Assembly: GCF_003966335.1 (NCBI RefSeq)
Contig: NZ_CP034549.1
Location: 1,710,001-1,742,000 of the forward strand
Length of the DNA: 32,000 nt
Reading direction: 5' to 3'
DNA from: Nonlabens ponticola
Lineage (GTDB): Bacteria; Bacteroidota; Bacteroidia; Flavobacteriales; Flavobacteriaceae
The translations under genes and the position numbers were made by a program. Below, piece after piece: positions 9,007 to 17,542 of this stretch. The notes beneath the pieces were generated by a model, which worked only from the letters and a program-made list of their open reading frames with translations, did no database searches and was not told where the DNA came from. Position 1 is the stretch's first letter. Each line of letters starts with the position of its first letter.

Positions 9007-9885
9007 TTATTTGTTATAGGCCATCGCAAAATCTTTGGCAAAATCTGCAAGGCCCACCTTTCCTAATTGCTTTGGTTTATGGTTATCATAATCTTGGTTA
9101 AGCCTGCCGTTTTCAAGACTTTGGTACATCTCAGTATAAAGTTGTGCGATGGACTCAGGTATCCCATTATCAATCATACCTTTTTTGACAGCTGCATCGT
9201 CAATAATTTCCCATTTTAAATCTGGTTTACCTATTGCCGCTCCTAGCGTTGCAGCAATCTCCTTACCTGTATGATGCGAGCTGGCGATGTACTTGAAAAT
9301 ACTGCTCTGTTCTTTTACAAGCTCTTGTGATGCTACGGTCGCGATGTCCCTAGGTGAGACTAATGGGAATGACTTACTTCCATAGTTTGCCATGATTTTA
9401 CCTGTGTACTTGATCATATCAATATTGTGCATCAAATTGTAGTAGAAGTAGGTAGGCCTCAATATGGTCAATTCGATATTGGGTATCGCGCTTATTATTT
9501 GCTCTGTAAAGTAGGACCCTAATATAGGTCCAGTGCCGTAGCTCAAGTGAGCCCCAAAACTACTTAATAATACCACTCTCTTTACCGCAGTTAGTTCAAT
9601 GGCTTTGGCATATACTGCCGCCGTCTTGCGATAATATTCTCGTATATCTGGCTGCTGGTAGTCTGGTGGACACATTAGGAATACTGATTCCGCTTTCGCG
9701 AAAGCGGAAACTAAAAAATCCACATCCTGCAATGATCCAATCATAGGCGTCGCGCCCAGATCCTCAATTTGTGAGGCTCTAGCTGGTGAATGGCTAATGA
9801 TAGTCAGGTCGTGACCTTGTTCCTGCAATTGTTGCGCAAGCGGTTGACCAATGTTTCCCAAAGAGCTTGCAAGTGTGATATTCAT
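9007..9885 (-). CDS. NmrA-like / atypical SDR NAD(P)-binding protein
   Basis: 292 aa with a degenerate N-terminal dinucleotide-binding segment (ASSLGNIGQPLAQQL). A 2-nt gap to the AraC gene suggests an operon. Confidence 0.65.
   Translation of the reverse strand: MNITLASSLGNIGQPLAQQLQEQGHDLTIISHSPARASQIEDLGATPMIGSLQDVDFLVSAFAKAESVFLMCPPDYQQPDIREYYRKTAAVYAKAIELTAVKRVVLLSSFGAHLSYGTGPILGSYFTEQIISAIPNIELTILRPTYFYYNLMHNIDMIKYTGKIMANYGSKSFPLVSPRDIATVASQELVKEQSSIFKYIASSHHTGKEIAATLGAAIGKPDLKWEIIDDAAVKKGMIDNGIPESIAQLYTEMYQSLENGRLNQDYDNHKPKQLGKVGLADFAKDFAMAYNK
9688..9709. repeat. palindrome copy 4: TTCCGCTTTCGCGAAAGCGGAA (22 bp perfect)
   Basis: Inside the NmrA-like CDS (minus strand), read as S-A-F-A-K-A-E. 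Confidence 0.95.
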
Positions 9886-10338
9886 AATATGATTTTAAGA
9901 TACAAATATCAATCGCACTGTTAGAAGGAATGTATCTAGATCTATCTAACTGTAAGCCAAATAGTGCTTTCCATCTATTCTATATGTAATGCTCCTTGCG
10001 ACCTATCCTTACTTTGGGCGCGGTCGAGATCCTTTGCTCTACAAATGCGAGTTCCTTTATATAAATGGTATTATGCGTGCCGTATTTCTCGACTCGCTGC
10101 CGCTTTCTGGTCTTTGGGTTGTAAGAGTAAGGAAGGAAATCATGATCCTATAGGCGTTGGAATATTTTATCTTTATCATATCCGTTTAGAAAGGATTATT
10201 TAAGCTACCGTACTTGGTATGAATCTAGAAAATTTAACCAGCGAGCGCAAAGATAATATGAGTAATTGCACCAACTTGTTTTTAAGTCGATCGGGAGCAA
10301 GTATGGGTGATGATTTAGATTAAATGTATAGGGATCAC

Positions 10339-10352
10339 GCTTCTGCGAAAGC
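10339..10352. repeat. palindrome copy 5, degenerate (GCTTCTGCGAAAGC, 12/14)
   Basis: Intergenic, 10 nt beyond the stop of the 827-aa gene. Confidence 0.6.
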
Positions 10353-10361
10353 AAAATCATC

Positions 10362-12845
10362 CTACAACCCAAAGTTTATTCCAACCACAAACGCACCATA
10401 ATTGCGATCGCTGGTGATACTGCGTATGTAGTCTACCCTAAATGGCCTGAAGCTACCAAAACCTATATTGTCAATACCTGCGCTTACTTCAAAGTACGGA
10501 TTACGGTCTGTGACAAGCGCCTTACCACTCAATATCAAGTCATAATTGAGCAAATTGAGACCTGGTATTTTACCCAGAATAAACCCTTTAAAATCGTGTT
10601 GCAGATGTAATTGAGCATAATCGCTATTGGTACTGTAATCATAGTAATCCAGTAAACCAAAACCGTAAGTGTTCAACGCCTGCAACTTATAGCGCAATTG
10701 GTTGCCATTAAAATGTTGATAATCCACAAATGAGATATCGTCACCAGTATCTAGGAAAGTACCGCCATTTATCCAATAACTAGATCGTCCCACATTACCC
10801 ATGTCAAACGTTTGAAAAATGCTTGCTTTCAATTGATGAAACTCGTTGCCATCATTACTAGCGGCAAAGCCACCTTCATAATTCACGGATACTACTGGGA
10901 ATTTCTCGTTGGGAATATTGATCTTTTGATCTGGATAGCTCTGATATTTTTGACCTGGACGCCAGGTCAAGGTAATACCTGTTTTTATGATCTCGTGATC
11001 TCGAATAAATGCAAGGCGACTGTTATCTAAAGTCAAAGGATTGTTTCTCGTATAACTAGTATCATCCCAATCAAACCAAGTTTGATCTGTAGTATTTTCA
11101 AGCGGTTGCCTGCGCTCGTAGGCAACACTCGCGTTTAATGACAATCCATTAACTATTTCTTCATAATAATTTATACGTCCAAAATCAACCTCATAGAACT
11201 TGGCAAAATTCCTCTCAAATGCCAGTGTCGATAGGGTGTTTTCCAGCGTGGAAATAGGATTGCCATTATTTATTTGTCGAGCCTCGGTACCACCTGTGAT
11301 TCCTATGTATCTGCGATTAATACGATTAAATCTATAGCCGGCTCTTGCTGTGTATCTCAAGCGATCGTCAGACACACCATACTCTGCATCGACACCAACA
11401 TTAAATACTTGATTGTAATCATCATCAAATCCTTTTACAAATCGCAATCCTGTTCCTATTACAAATCCTTGAACGGTATTGAATCCTCTAAAGTTATCTA
11501 GACCTATCAATCCATCATAAGTAATGCTATAGTTCTCGTTACTGTCGCGATAGCTGTAACCAGTAATAGGATCTAACAGATTGAATTTATTATTTACCTG
11601 ATCCACACTGTCCTTGTAAGCAGGGTCATTGCGCACGGCAGCAATACTGTCTTTTTTTACATATTCGTTAGATTCTTCTAGAGTCAACGGCACTGGACGT
11701 ATGGTTCTCCAATACAAGCTATCCTTTTCATTTGCTTTGCTTTCAAAGGCTAGCGTTTCTCTACCAAAGGTTTTCTTATCAAACTGTGGTTCAAAGTCAT
11801 AATCGGTATAGTTAGCAATAAATCGACCTGTCCCTTTAAATCCAAAGAGCCCGAAAGCAAATACAATATTTTGACCACGTTTTACCCATTGCTCACTGCT
11901 GGAATCATAGGTAAACTCTTGATTAAAGGTGAGCTCCTTAATGGCAGGTACATTTATATTTTGACCAGTCGTAGTGAGCTCAAGACCGTAAATGGTCCAT
12001 TGATCCTCGACGATGTAGATGGTACCATTGAATGTATTGTCCTTAGGACGACGCGATATAACTTCTATCTTGTTGATTAAGAAATTATTGCTGTCATAAA
12101 AAGTTCCTAGCAGCTTGTATTTATAGTAAGAGAAAGCATAGTCTGCAATGGGTGAGACGATGCGGTTGTTTAGGTCAATATTATTCTCGTAAAAGTCAAA
12201 GTTTGCAGCCTCGGCACTATTGACGCTAAAGCCGTTATCATCACCACTCACCTTGCTCGCAGTTATATATTCTTTAAAGTTGTCAGGAGCCTTAAATGCA
12301 ATATTGCTCACAGTTTCAGATAAATAGATGACGCCACTGCGTGTGATGCTATCTAGCGAGCCGCCTAGATCGCCCACTTCTTGTCCTAGAAATTTTTCTG
12401 GTACATCTTCCATACGCCACAGTCCACGAGAGTAGAAGTTAGCCGTATAGCTTTGTGTTTTTTGACCGTTCTTTTCTCGATTTTCAATTGCTGCGCGTAT
12501 GACTCGGTTTGCTGGGTTTTCATCACTGCGCACCACGATTTCATCCAGCGACATGGTTTCTTCAATTAGAACAACATTTTCGGTATATGGAAAAGATTTG
12601 ATCTCGATTGTCTTCTCGATAGTCTTGTATCCTAAACTTTGATAAACGATACGATAGGTGCCAGTTTGAGCAAGTTCCAGTGCATAAGATCCATTACTAT
12701 TGGTAGTTGTGCCAGAGTAAGTGTCTTTTACATATATAGAGGCAAAAGCTATGGGCTCGTTTTTCTCATCAGTGATAACCCCAGTAAGTTGGGCTTGAGA
12801 AAATAATGATAAAAGAAAAAGCAGTGATAAGTAAACGTTTTTCAT
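10362..12845 (-). CDS. large secreted protein with N-terminal carboxypeptidase-regulatory-like domain (DUF5686-like)
   Basis: Signal peptide, then a CarboxypepD_reg-type segment GVITDEKNEPIAFASIYVKDTYSGTTTNSNGSYAL, then a long beta-rich remainder. Confidence 0.65.
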   Translation of the reverse strand: MKNVYLSLLFLLSLFSQAQLTGVITDEKNEPIAFASIYVKDTYSGTTTNSNGSYALELAQTGTYRIVYQSLGYKTIEKTIEIKSFPYTENVVLIEETMSLDEIVVRSDENPANRVIRAAIENREKNGQKTQSYTANFYSRGLWRMEDVPEKFLGQEVGDLGGSLDSITRSGVIYLSETVSNIAFKAPDNFKEYITASKVSGDDNGFSVNSAEAANFDFYENNIDLNNRIVSPIADYAFSYYKYKLLGTFYDSNNFLINKIEVISRRPKDNTFNGTIYIVEDQWTIYGLELTTTGQNINVPAIKELTFNQEFTYDSSSEQWVKRGQNIVFAFGLFGFKGTGRFIANYTDYDFEPQFDKKTFGRETLAFESKANEKDSLYWRTIRPVPLTLEESNEYVKKDSIAAVRNDPAYKDSVDQVNNKFNLLDPITGYSYRDSNENYSITYDGLIGLDNFRGFNTVQGFVIGTGLRFVKGFDDDYNQVFNVGVDAEYGVSDDRLRYTARAGYRFNRINRRYIGITGGTEARQINNGNPISTLENTLSTLAFERNFAKFYEVDFGRINYYEEIVNGLSLNASVAYERRQPLENTTDQTWFDWDDTSYTRNNPLTLDNSRLAFIRDHEIIKTGITLTWRPGQKYQSYPDQKINIPNEKFPVVSVNYEGGFAASNDGNEFHQLKASIFQTFDMGNVGRSSYWINGGTFLDTGDDISFVDYQHFNGNQLRYKLQALNTYGFGLLDYYDYSTNSDYAQLHLQHDFKGFILGKIPGLNLLNYDLILSGKALVTDRNPYFEVSAGIDNIGFGSFRPFRVDYIRSITSDRNYGAFVVGINFGL

Positions 12846-12909
12846 ACTTCAGTGGTTGGTTAGTGATATAGCACTATCCTTATAGACACGATGAAGTTAC
12901 AATAGTTTA

Positions 12910-13374
12910 CTAGGCGTTATAAGTTTTTTTGATTTGATCAAGACGTTTTTTGTTATCGCGATTCTTGATCGTTTCACGTTTGTCAAACAATTTTTTACCC
13001 TTAGCAAGTGCTATTTGAACCTTGGCAAGGCCACGATCGCTAATGAACATGACCAGCGGTATTATAGTATTACCAGAGTTGGCTACGTCTTTTTCTAGCT
13101 TTTTAAGTTCGCGTTTGTTGAGTAAGAGTTTACGTGGCGCTTTGGGCGCATGGTTGTAATGGGTCGCGTGAGAATATTCTTGTATGGTCATGTTGATGAT
13201 CCATAACTCGCCATCTTGGAATTCGCAAAACGCCTCGGCAATACTGGCTTTTCCTAAACGTATGGCCTTAATCTCGGTACCACCTAGCACGATGCCAGCC
13301 GTGTACTTATCCAGTATCTCATATTCAAATCGAGCCTTACGGTTCTTGATTCTTACATTGTTCTTTAAATCCAT
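12910..13374 (-). CDS. smpB: SsrA-binding protein
   Basis: Motifs KNRKARFEYEI, GTEIKA and LLLNKRELKKL, with a basic C-terminal tail. Confidence 0.9.
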   Translation of the reverse strand: MDLKNNVRIKNRKARFEYEILDKYTAGIVLGGTEIKAIRLGKASIAEAFCEFQDGELWIINMTIQEYSHATHYNHAPKAPRKLLLNKRELKKLEKDVANSGNTIIPLVMFISDRGLAKVQIALAKGKKLFDKRETIKNRDNKKRLDQIKKTYNA

Positions 13375-13426
13375 ACAATCGCAAATATAATTTAATGAGT
13401 TGCAGGCATCGTTATATATTTGTGAA

Positions 13427-14188
13427 ATGCAAAAAGCCCTTTTATCACTCCTATTATTAGTATTTATAACGATTGCCAGCTGTAATCAGGATCACATCAA
13501 TCCTGCGACCATTGTCGAGGAAACAATGATGGCACACGGCACTGATGTCATGGATAATGCTACTGTTGATTTTAATTTTAGAGGTATCGACTATAGCGTG
13601 AGTCGTAGTAATGGTTATTTTGAGTACTCGCGCAGTTTTAATCAAGCAGGTAACAAGGTCGTGGATCGATTGACCAACGATGGTTTTACCAGGAGCATCA
13701 ACGATAGCATTGTGCAATTGCCAGATTCTTTATCCAGCCGATATCGATCTAGCCTTAACAGCGTTGTATATTTCGCTCAGTTACCATACGGTCTGGACAA
13801 TCCAGCAGTAAATCTTGAATATCTAGGAACTGACAGCATCAAGCAAAACAAGTATCACGAGATCAAGGTTACTTTTGATGAGACTGGTGGTGGCGAGGAT
13901 CACGAGGATGAATTCTTGTACTGGATCAACGTGCAGGATTCCCTAATAGATTATTTAGCATATTCCTATTGCGAGGAAGATTGTGGATTACGCTTTCGCG
14001 AAAGCATAAACCGCAAAAACATAAAAGGAATCGTAATACAGGATTACAACAATTATAATCCAGAACAAGAGGCTGCAGAACTCGAGGATCTTGATCGTCT
14101 TTTTGAAAAAGACCAGCTCAATTTACTGAGCACCATACGTACAGAATTTCCAGAAGTAAGCCTCAATGACGAGGTCGCAGATCTATGA
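13427..14188 (+). CDS. hypothetical lipoprotein
   Basis: ATG at 13427 gives the lipoprotein signal MQKALLSLLLLVFITIASC. The track start at 13400 is TTG. Confidence 0.55.
   Translation: MQKALLSLLLLVFITIASCNQDHINPATIVEETMMAHGTDVMDNATVDFNFRGIDYSVSRSNGYFEYSRSFNQAGNKVVDRLTNDGFTRSINDSIVQLPDSLSSRYRSSLNSVVYFAQLPYGLDNPAVNLEYLGTDSIKQNKYHEIKVTFDETGGGEDHEDEFLYWINVQDSLIDYLAYSYCEEDCGLRFRESINRKNIKGIVIQDYNNYNPEQEAAELEDLDRLFEKDQLNLLSTIRTEFPEVSLNDEVADL
13992..14005. repeat. palindrome copy 6: GCTTTCGCGAAAGC (14 bp perfect)
   Basis: Inside the lipoprotein CDS (plus strand), read as R-F-R-E-S. Confidence 0.95.
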
Positions 14189-14190
14189 TT

Positions 14191-14221
14191 ACAGTTGGGT
14201 AGCCCTTTTTGACAGTTGGGT
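14191..14221 (+). promoter_or_regulatory. candidate LytTR-regulator operator: direct repeat ACAGTTGGGT x2, 21-bp phase
   Basis: Exact 10-mers at 14191-14200 and 14212-14221. The 9-mer ACAGTTGGG fits the LytTR consensus [TA][AC][CA]GTTN[AG][TG] with a 12-nt spacer. It sits 11 nt upstream of a candidate -33 TTG. Confidence 0.55.
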
Positions 14222-14232
14222 CACTCGCATTC

Positions 14233-14262
14233 TTGATCAAGTGATGTGGTAGTTCATATTTG
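14233..14262 (+). promoter_or_regulatory. candidate promoter of kinase operon (TTG-N19-CATATTTG)
   Basis: TTG at 14233-14235 with a 19-nt spacer. The -7-like box CATATTTG at 14255-14262 has one mismatch to TAnnTTTG. It lies 43 nt upstream of the ATG at 14305. Confidence 0.35.
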
Positions 14263-14304
14263 TCGTGTTGATATTCTTTACATTTAAGAATTCATTACAC
14301 GATT

Positions 14305-15636
14305 ATGAATACAAAAAGCTTTTATCGGTTATTACTCATCGGCGCCATTATTGCCCTTGTTATTACGGCTAGTACGTTGCTTTTAAATAAGGCGAGTGTA
14401 AGCATCCCGATGCTTGCAGAATCTTTTGCGATAAACTTCTTGTTTGCCTTTACGCTCACGCTGGTCAATGAGACCTATTTTTCTTATCTCACGACCATAT
14501 TTCCGTGGACAACCGCAGCGGTAAAAAGATTGCTGGTCGGGATTTTGGGATCTTGTGTCTTGACTATGATCGCGCTTTTTTTGGTTCGTGTATTTGTAGC
14601 CATCGTTATCTATGGTAGAACACTAGATAATTTCATCGAGAGTGAGCGCATGCAGTTCTACATTATTGGTGTCATTTTCACGTTGGTCATTTCTGTAATC
14701 TTCCATGCAATTTACTTTTATAAGGAGTTGCAGCAGGCTAAAATACAGGAGCAAAAAGTCATCGCAGGATCTGCCACCGCACAGTTTGATGCTCTTAAAA
14801 ATCAGCTGGATCCGCATTTTTTGTTTAATAGCTTGAATGTACTTGTTTCTTTAATTGAAGAAAATCAGGACGCTGCTGTCAAATTCACAACCTCACTATC
14901 CAAGGTTTACCGTTATGTACTAGAACAACGTGGAAAGCAGCTGGTATCAGTACAAGAAGAGCTTGAGTTTGCTAGACTCTATGTGCAATTGCTCAAGATG
15001 CGATTTGAGGATAGTCTTATCGTTGATATTGCGGATTCATCTGTCTTACCAGATCAATATATCGTGCCGTTGTCTTTACAACTACTCATTGAGAATGCCG
15101 TAAAGCACAATGTTGTAAGCAGCTCACAGCCACTGCACCTGTCAATCCATCCAGCTGGTGATAAGCTAGTCGTATCAAATACCTTATCGCCTAAAAAGGT
15201 TTTATCTACTACCACAGGTGTTGGTTTACAAAACATTGCCAGTAGGTATGGTTTGATTTCTACCCAACAGATGAGCGTCTTGAAAAGTGAAACACATTTT
15301 AACGTGCAGCTACCCATGTTGCCTCTTAATCCTGAACTACCTAAAACTAAAGCTATGGAAATTCAATTAGAAGATCAAAAACTAGTCAATGCTCGCGAGA
15401 AAGTCAAGAACATGAAAGAATTTTATGATGAGCTCGTGCGATTCATATTCATTATTGCCTTCTTAGGATTACTTAACTATTTCACGAGTGATTTTCCTTG
15501 GGTGATTTTCCCTGCGATAGGGATGAGTATAGGATTATTTTTCAAATACATGAAAAACTTTGACCGTCACATCTTGCTGGGCAAAAACTGGGAAGAGCAA
15601 AAAATAAATAAATACATGAACGACTCAAATTTTTAA
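14305..15636 (+). CDS. LytS/YehU-type sensor histidine kinase with C-terminal 2TM domain
   Basis: About 4 N-terminal TM helices, the His_kinase motif LKNQLDPHFLFNSLNVL and the N-box LLIENAVKHN. The C-terminal TM pair resembles the next gene. Confidence 0.8.
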   Translation: MNTKSFYRLLLIGAIIALVITASTLLLNKASVSIPMLAESFAINFLFAFTLTLVNETYFSYLTTIFPWTTAAVKRLLVGILGSCVLTMIALFLVRVFVAIVIYGRTLDNFIESERMQFYIIGVIFTLVISVIFHAIYFYKELQQAKIQEQKVIAGSATAQFDALKNQLDPHFLFNSLNVLVSLIEENQDAAVKFTTSLSKVYRYVLEQRGKQLVSVQEELEFARLYVQLLKMRFEDSLIVDIADSSVLPDQYIVPLSLQLLIENAVKHNVVSSSQPLHLSIHPAGDKLVVSNTLSPKKVLSTTTGVGLQNIASRYGLISTQQMSVLKSETHFNVQLPMLPLNPELPKTKAMEIQLEDQKLVNAREKVKNMKEFYDELVRFIFIIAFLGLLNYFTSDFPWVIFPAIGMSIGLFFKYMKNFDRHILLGKNWEEQKINKYMNDSNF

Positions 15637-15638
15637 TT

Positions 15639-15935
15639 ATGACAACTACTACAGAGACTTATCAAGAAAAATATGCTAGGGCCAAAGCTCGCGTGAACGA
15701 GATCAGGTATTTTTATAACCATGTAGCCGTCTATTTACTTATCAATGCTGCACTTGCAGGGCTTAATTATTGGGAGAATCAATTTGCATTTCCATGGTTC
15801 CTATTCCCTTTATTAGGTTGGGGTATAGGTTTATTGAGCCATGCGGTAGGAACCTTTAGGCTCAATCCTTTTGTAAGTAAAGAATGGGAAGAGCGCAAAC
15901 TGCGTGAGATCATGGAACAACAAGATAAATCCTAA
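15639..15935 (+). CDS. 2TM domain-containing small membrane protein
   Basis: 98 aa with a two-helix hairpin (VAVYLLINAALAGLNYW / WFLFPLLGWGIGLLSHAV) paralogous to the kinase C-terminus. A 2-nt gap separates it from the kinase stop. Confidence 0.7.
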   Translation: MTTTTETYQEKYARAKARVNEIRYFYNHVAVYLLINAALAGLNYWENQFAFPWFLFPLLGWGIGLLSHAVGTFRLNPFVSKEWEERKLREIMEQQDKS

Positions 15936-15936
15936 G

Positions 15937-16716
15937 ATGTCAATCAATGTCCTTATTATAGAAGATGAAAAGCCAGCGGCAAGACGATTGCAGCGCATGG
16001 CAGAAAAGCTAGATCTTACCGTCGCTGCGGTATTACACAGCGTGGCAGAATCTATTGCCCATCTATCATCACAGCCGCATCCAGATCTCATATTTCTGGA
16101 TATACAATTAAGTGATGGGCTGTCCTTTGAAATTTTTGAACAGGTAAGCGTCAAGAGTTCTATAATCTTTACCACAGCCTATGATGAATATGCCTTACAA
16201 GCCTTCAAACTCAACAGCATTGATTATTTACTCAAACCTATAGATCAAGATGAGCTCGTGACAGCGGTAGATAAATTTAAGTCACGCTTTCGCGAAAGCG
16301 GAACAAACCCAAACACCTTACCTGCATCCATCATGCAGCAGATGGCACAAATGCTTTCTAACCCTGCAGGACAACAGTATCGTGATAGATTTACAGCTAG
16401 AGTAGGTGAGCATATCAAGATCTTTGCGGTCGATGAAGTGCAATTATTCTTCTCAGAGAATAAAGGCACCTATCTTAATGTTGCAAATGGTCGCAATTAC
16501 CTGTTGGACTATAAAATGGAAGAAATGGAACAATTGCTGGATCCCAATAAATTCCACCGTATTTCTAGGCAGGCAATAGTTCATGTCAACGCTATCAATG
16601 ACATCATAGCTTATACCAACTCACGTTTAAAAGTCAAAATAGACTCATTTAAGACTTATGATTTGATTGTAAGTAGAGAGCGTGTAAAGGACTTTAAGAA
16701 ATGGCTCGAGCGATAA
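15937..16716 (+). CDS. LytTR-family DNA-binding response regulator
   Basis: ATG at 15937 is 1 nt after the upstream stop. Receiver domain (VLIIEDE, DLIFLDIQLSD) and C-terminal LytTR domain (FHRISRQAIVHVNAI). Confidence 0.85.
   Translation: MSINVLIIEDEKPAARRLQRMAEKLDLTVAAVLHSVAESIAHLSSQPHPDLIFLDIQLSDGLSFEIFEQVSVKSSIIFTTAYDEYALQAFKLNSIDYLLKPIDQDELVTAVDKFKSRFRESGTNPNTLPASIMQQMAQMLSNPAGQQYRDRFTARVGEHIKIFAVDEVQLFFSENKGTYLNVANGRNYLLDYKMEEMEQLLDPNKFHRISRQAIVHVNAINDIIAYTNSRLKVKIDSFKTYDLIVSRERVKDFKKWLER
16285..16300. repeat. palindrome copy 7: CGCTTTCGCGAAAGCG (16 bp perfect)
   Basis: Inside the LytTR regulator CDS, in the receiver/LytTR linker, read as R-F-R-E-S. Confidence 0.95.
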
Positions 16717-16825
16717 TTGCCTAATTATTTGATTATCAATATGAAGAATTAATTGGGCTTTAACGTTTCCTTGTAAACCACAACATGTTTGCTCGCGTAT
16801 GTTTACTGTAAACAAAAACATACAC

Positions 16826-17518
16826 ATGAAAAAAATTGCCCTATGGTCAAGCATTGCAATCTGCGCTATCGCAGGTCTGTTCATTGCCGCTGATCACCTT
16901 GATGCACCAGATGTTGCAGGAACAACATCAGACATCGCAGACTTTTATGCCTTTGAAGGACAAAACTCTGATGCTACAACATTTGTAGTAACTATTCCGG
17001 CCTCAGACGAGAATTCTCAATTTGATGAGAACGTTCTTATCGAGATCAACATTGATAATACCGGTCTAGATTCTGGTACTACTGGTGTCACTGAAGATTT
17101 AGTAATCCAGGCATTGCGCCAGGGCGACCAGATGTATTTCTTTGGACCATATGCTCCAGGATCAACAGGACTTAACAGTACTATTGATACTGATGAATTT
17201 TCTGCTTCTGTAGAAATAGGAAGTACTGAAACTACTGGTGGTGTTAGCTATTTTGCAGGACAACGTCAAGACGCGTTCTTCTTTGATTTTGAAGAGTTTA
17301 ATAATGTAATTGGTAATGCACCAGCTGAAGGTTTTGGCGATGATGGTGATAACCTTTTTGAAGACTTCAATGTCAATGCAATTGTTATCGAGATTCCTAA
17401 CTCCATGTTAGGTACTGCACCAACACACCTTGCTGATCAACTTGCTGCTGCAGTAGGTTTACCAGCATTCAATTTACCTAATGCATACAATGTATGGGTA
17501 GAAACTAAGCGTCGATAA
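16826..17518 (+). CDS. DUF4331 family protein, N-terminal-half type, secreted
   Basis: ATG at 16826 gives the signal peptide MKKIALWSSIAICAIAG. Motifs ADHLDAPDVAG..SDIADFYAF, LIEINIDNTG and NVNAIVIEIP match the front half of DUF4331 proteins as I recall them. Confidence 0.65.
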   Translation: MKKIALWSSIAICAIAGLFIAADHLDAPDVAGTTSDIADFYAFEGQNSDATTFVVTIPASDENSQFDENVLIEINIDNTGLDSGTTGVTEDLVIQALRQGDQMYFFGPYAPGSTGLNSTIDTDEFSASVEIGSTETTGGVSYFAGQRQDAFFFDFEEFNNVIGNAPAEGFGDDGDNLFEDFNVNAIVIEIPNSMLGTAPTHLADQLAAAVGLPAFNLPNAYNVWVETKRR

Positions 17519-17542
17519 TCACAACCCTTTAAAAGAAAAGAA

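Noticed and set aside
9964-10203. 79-aa ORF in the large intergenic gap
   Set aside because: It has a GTG start, a Cys/Trp/Arg-rich composition, and no signal peptide, TM helix or motif. The region is treated as non-coding; see the finding on the gap.
9886-12909. tmRNA (ssrA) near smpB
   Set aside because: I looked in the gaps at 9886-10361 and 12846-12909 on both strands. I searched for a GGGGCTGA-type 5' end, a ...CTCCACCA 3' end, a T-arm GGTTCGA motif and an ...YALAA-stop tag reading frame. None was found.
15831-16175. 114-aa minus-strand ORF spanning the 2TM/LytTR junction
   Set aside because: It overlaps two well-supported plus-strand genes and has no recognisable features.
16717-16825. 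Second LytTR operator upstream of the DUF4331 genes
   Set aside because: The only candidates are weak GTT-containing 9-mers: AACGTTTCC at 16762 and CATGTTTGC at 16784, 22 bp apart. Each violates 2-3 consensus positions, and there is no copy of ACAGTTGGG.
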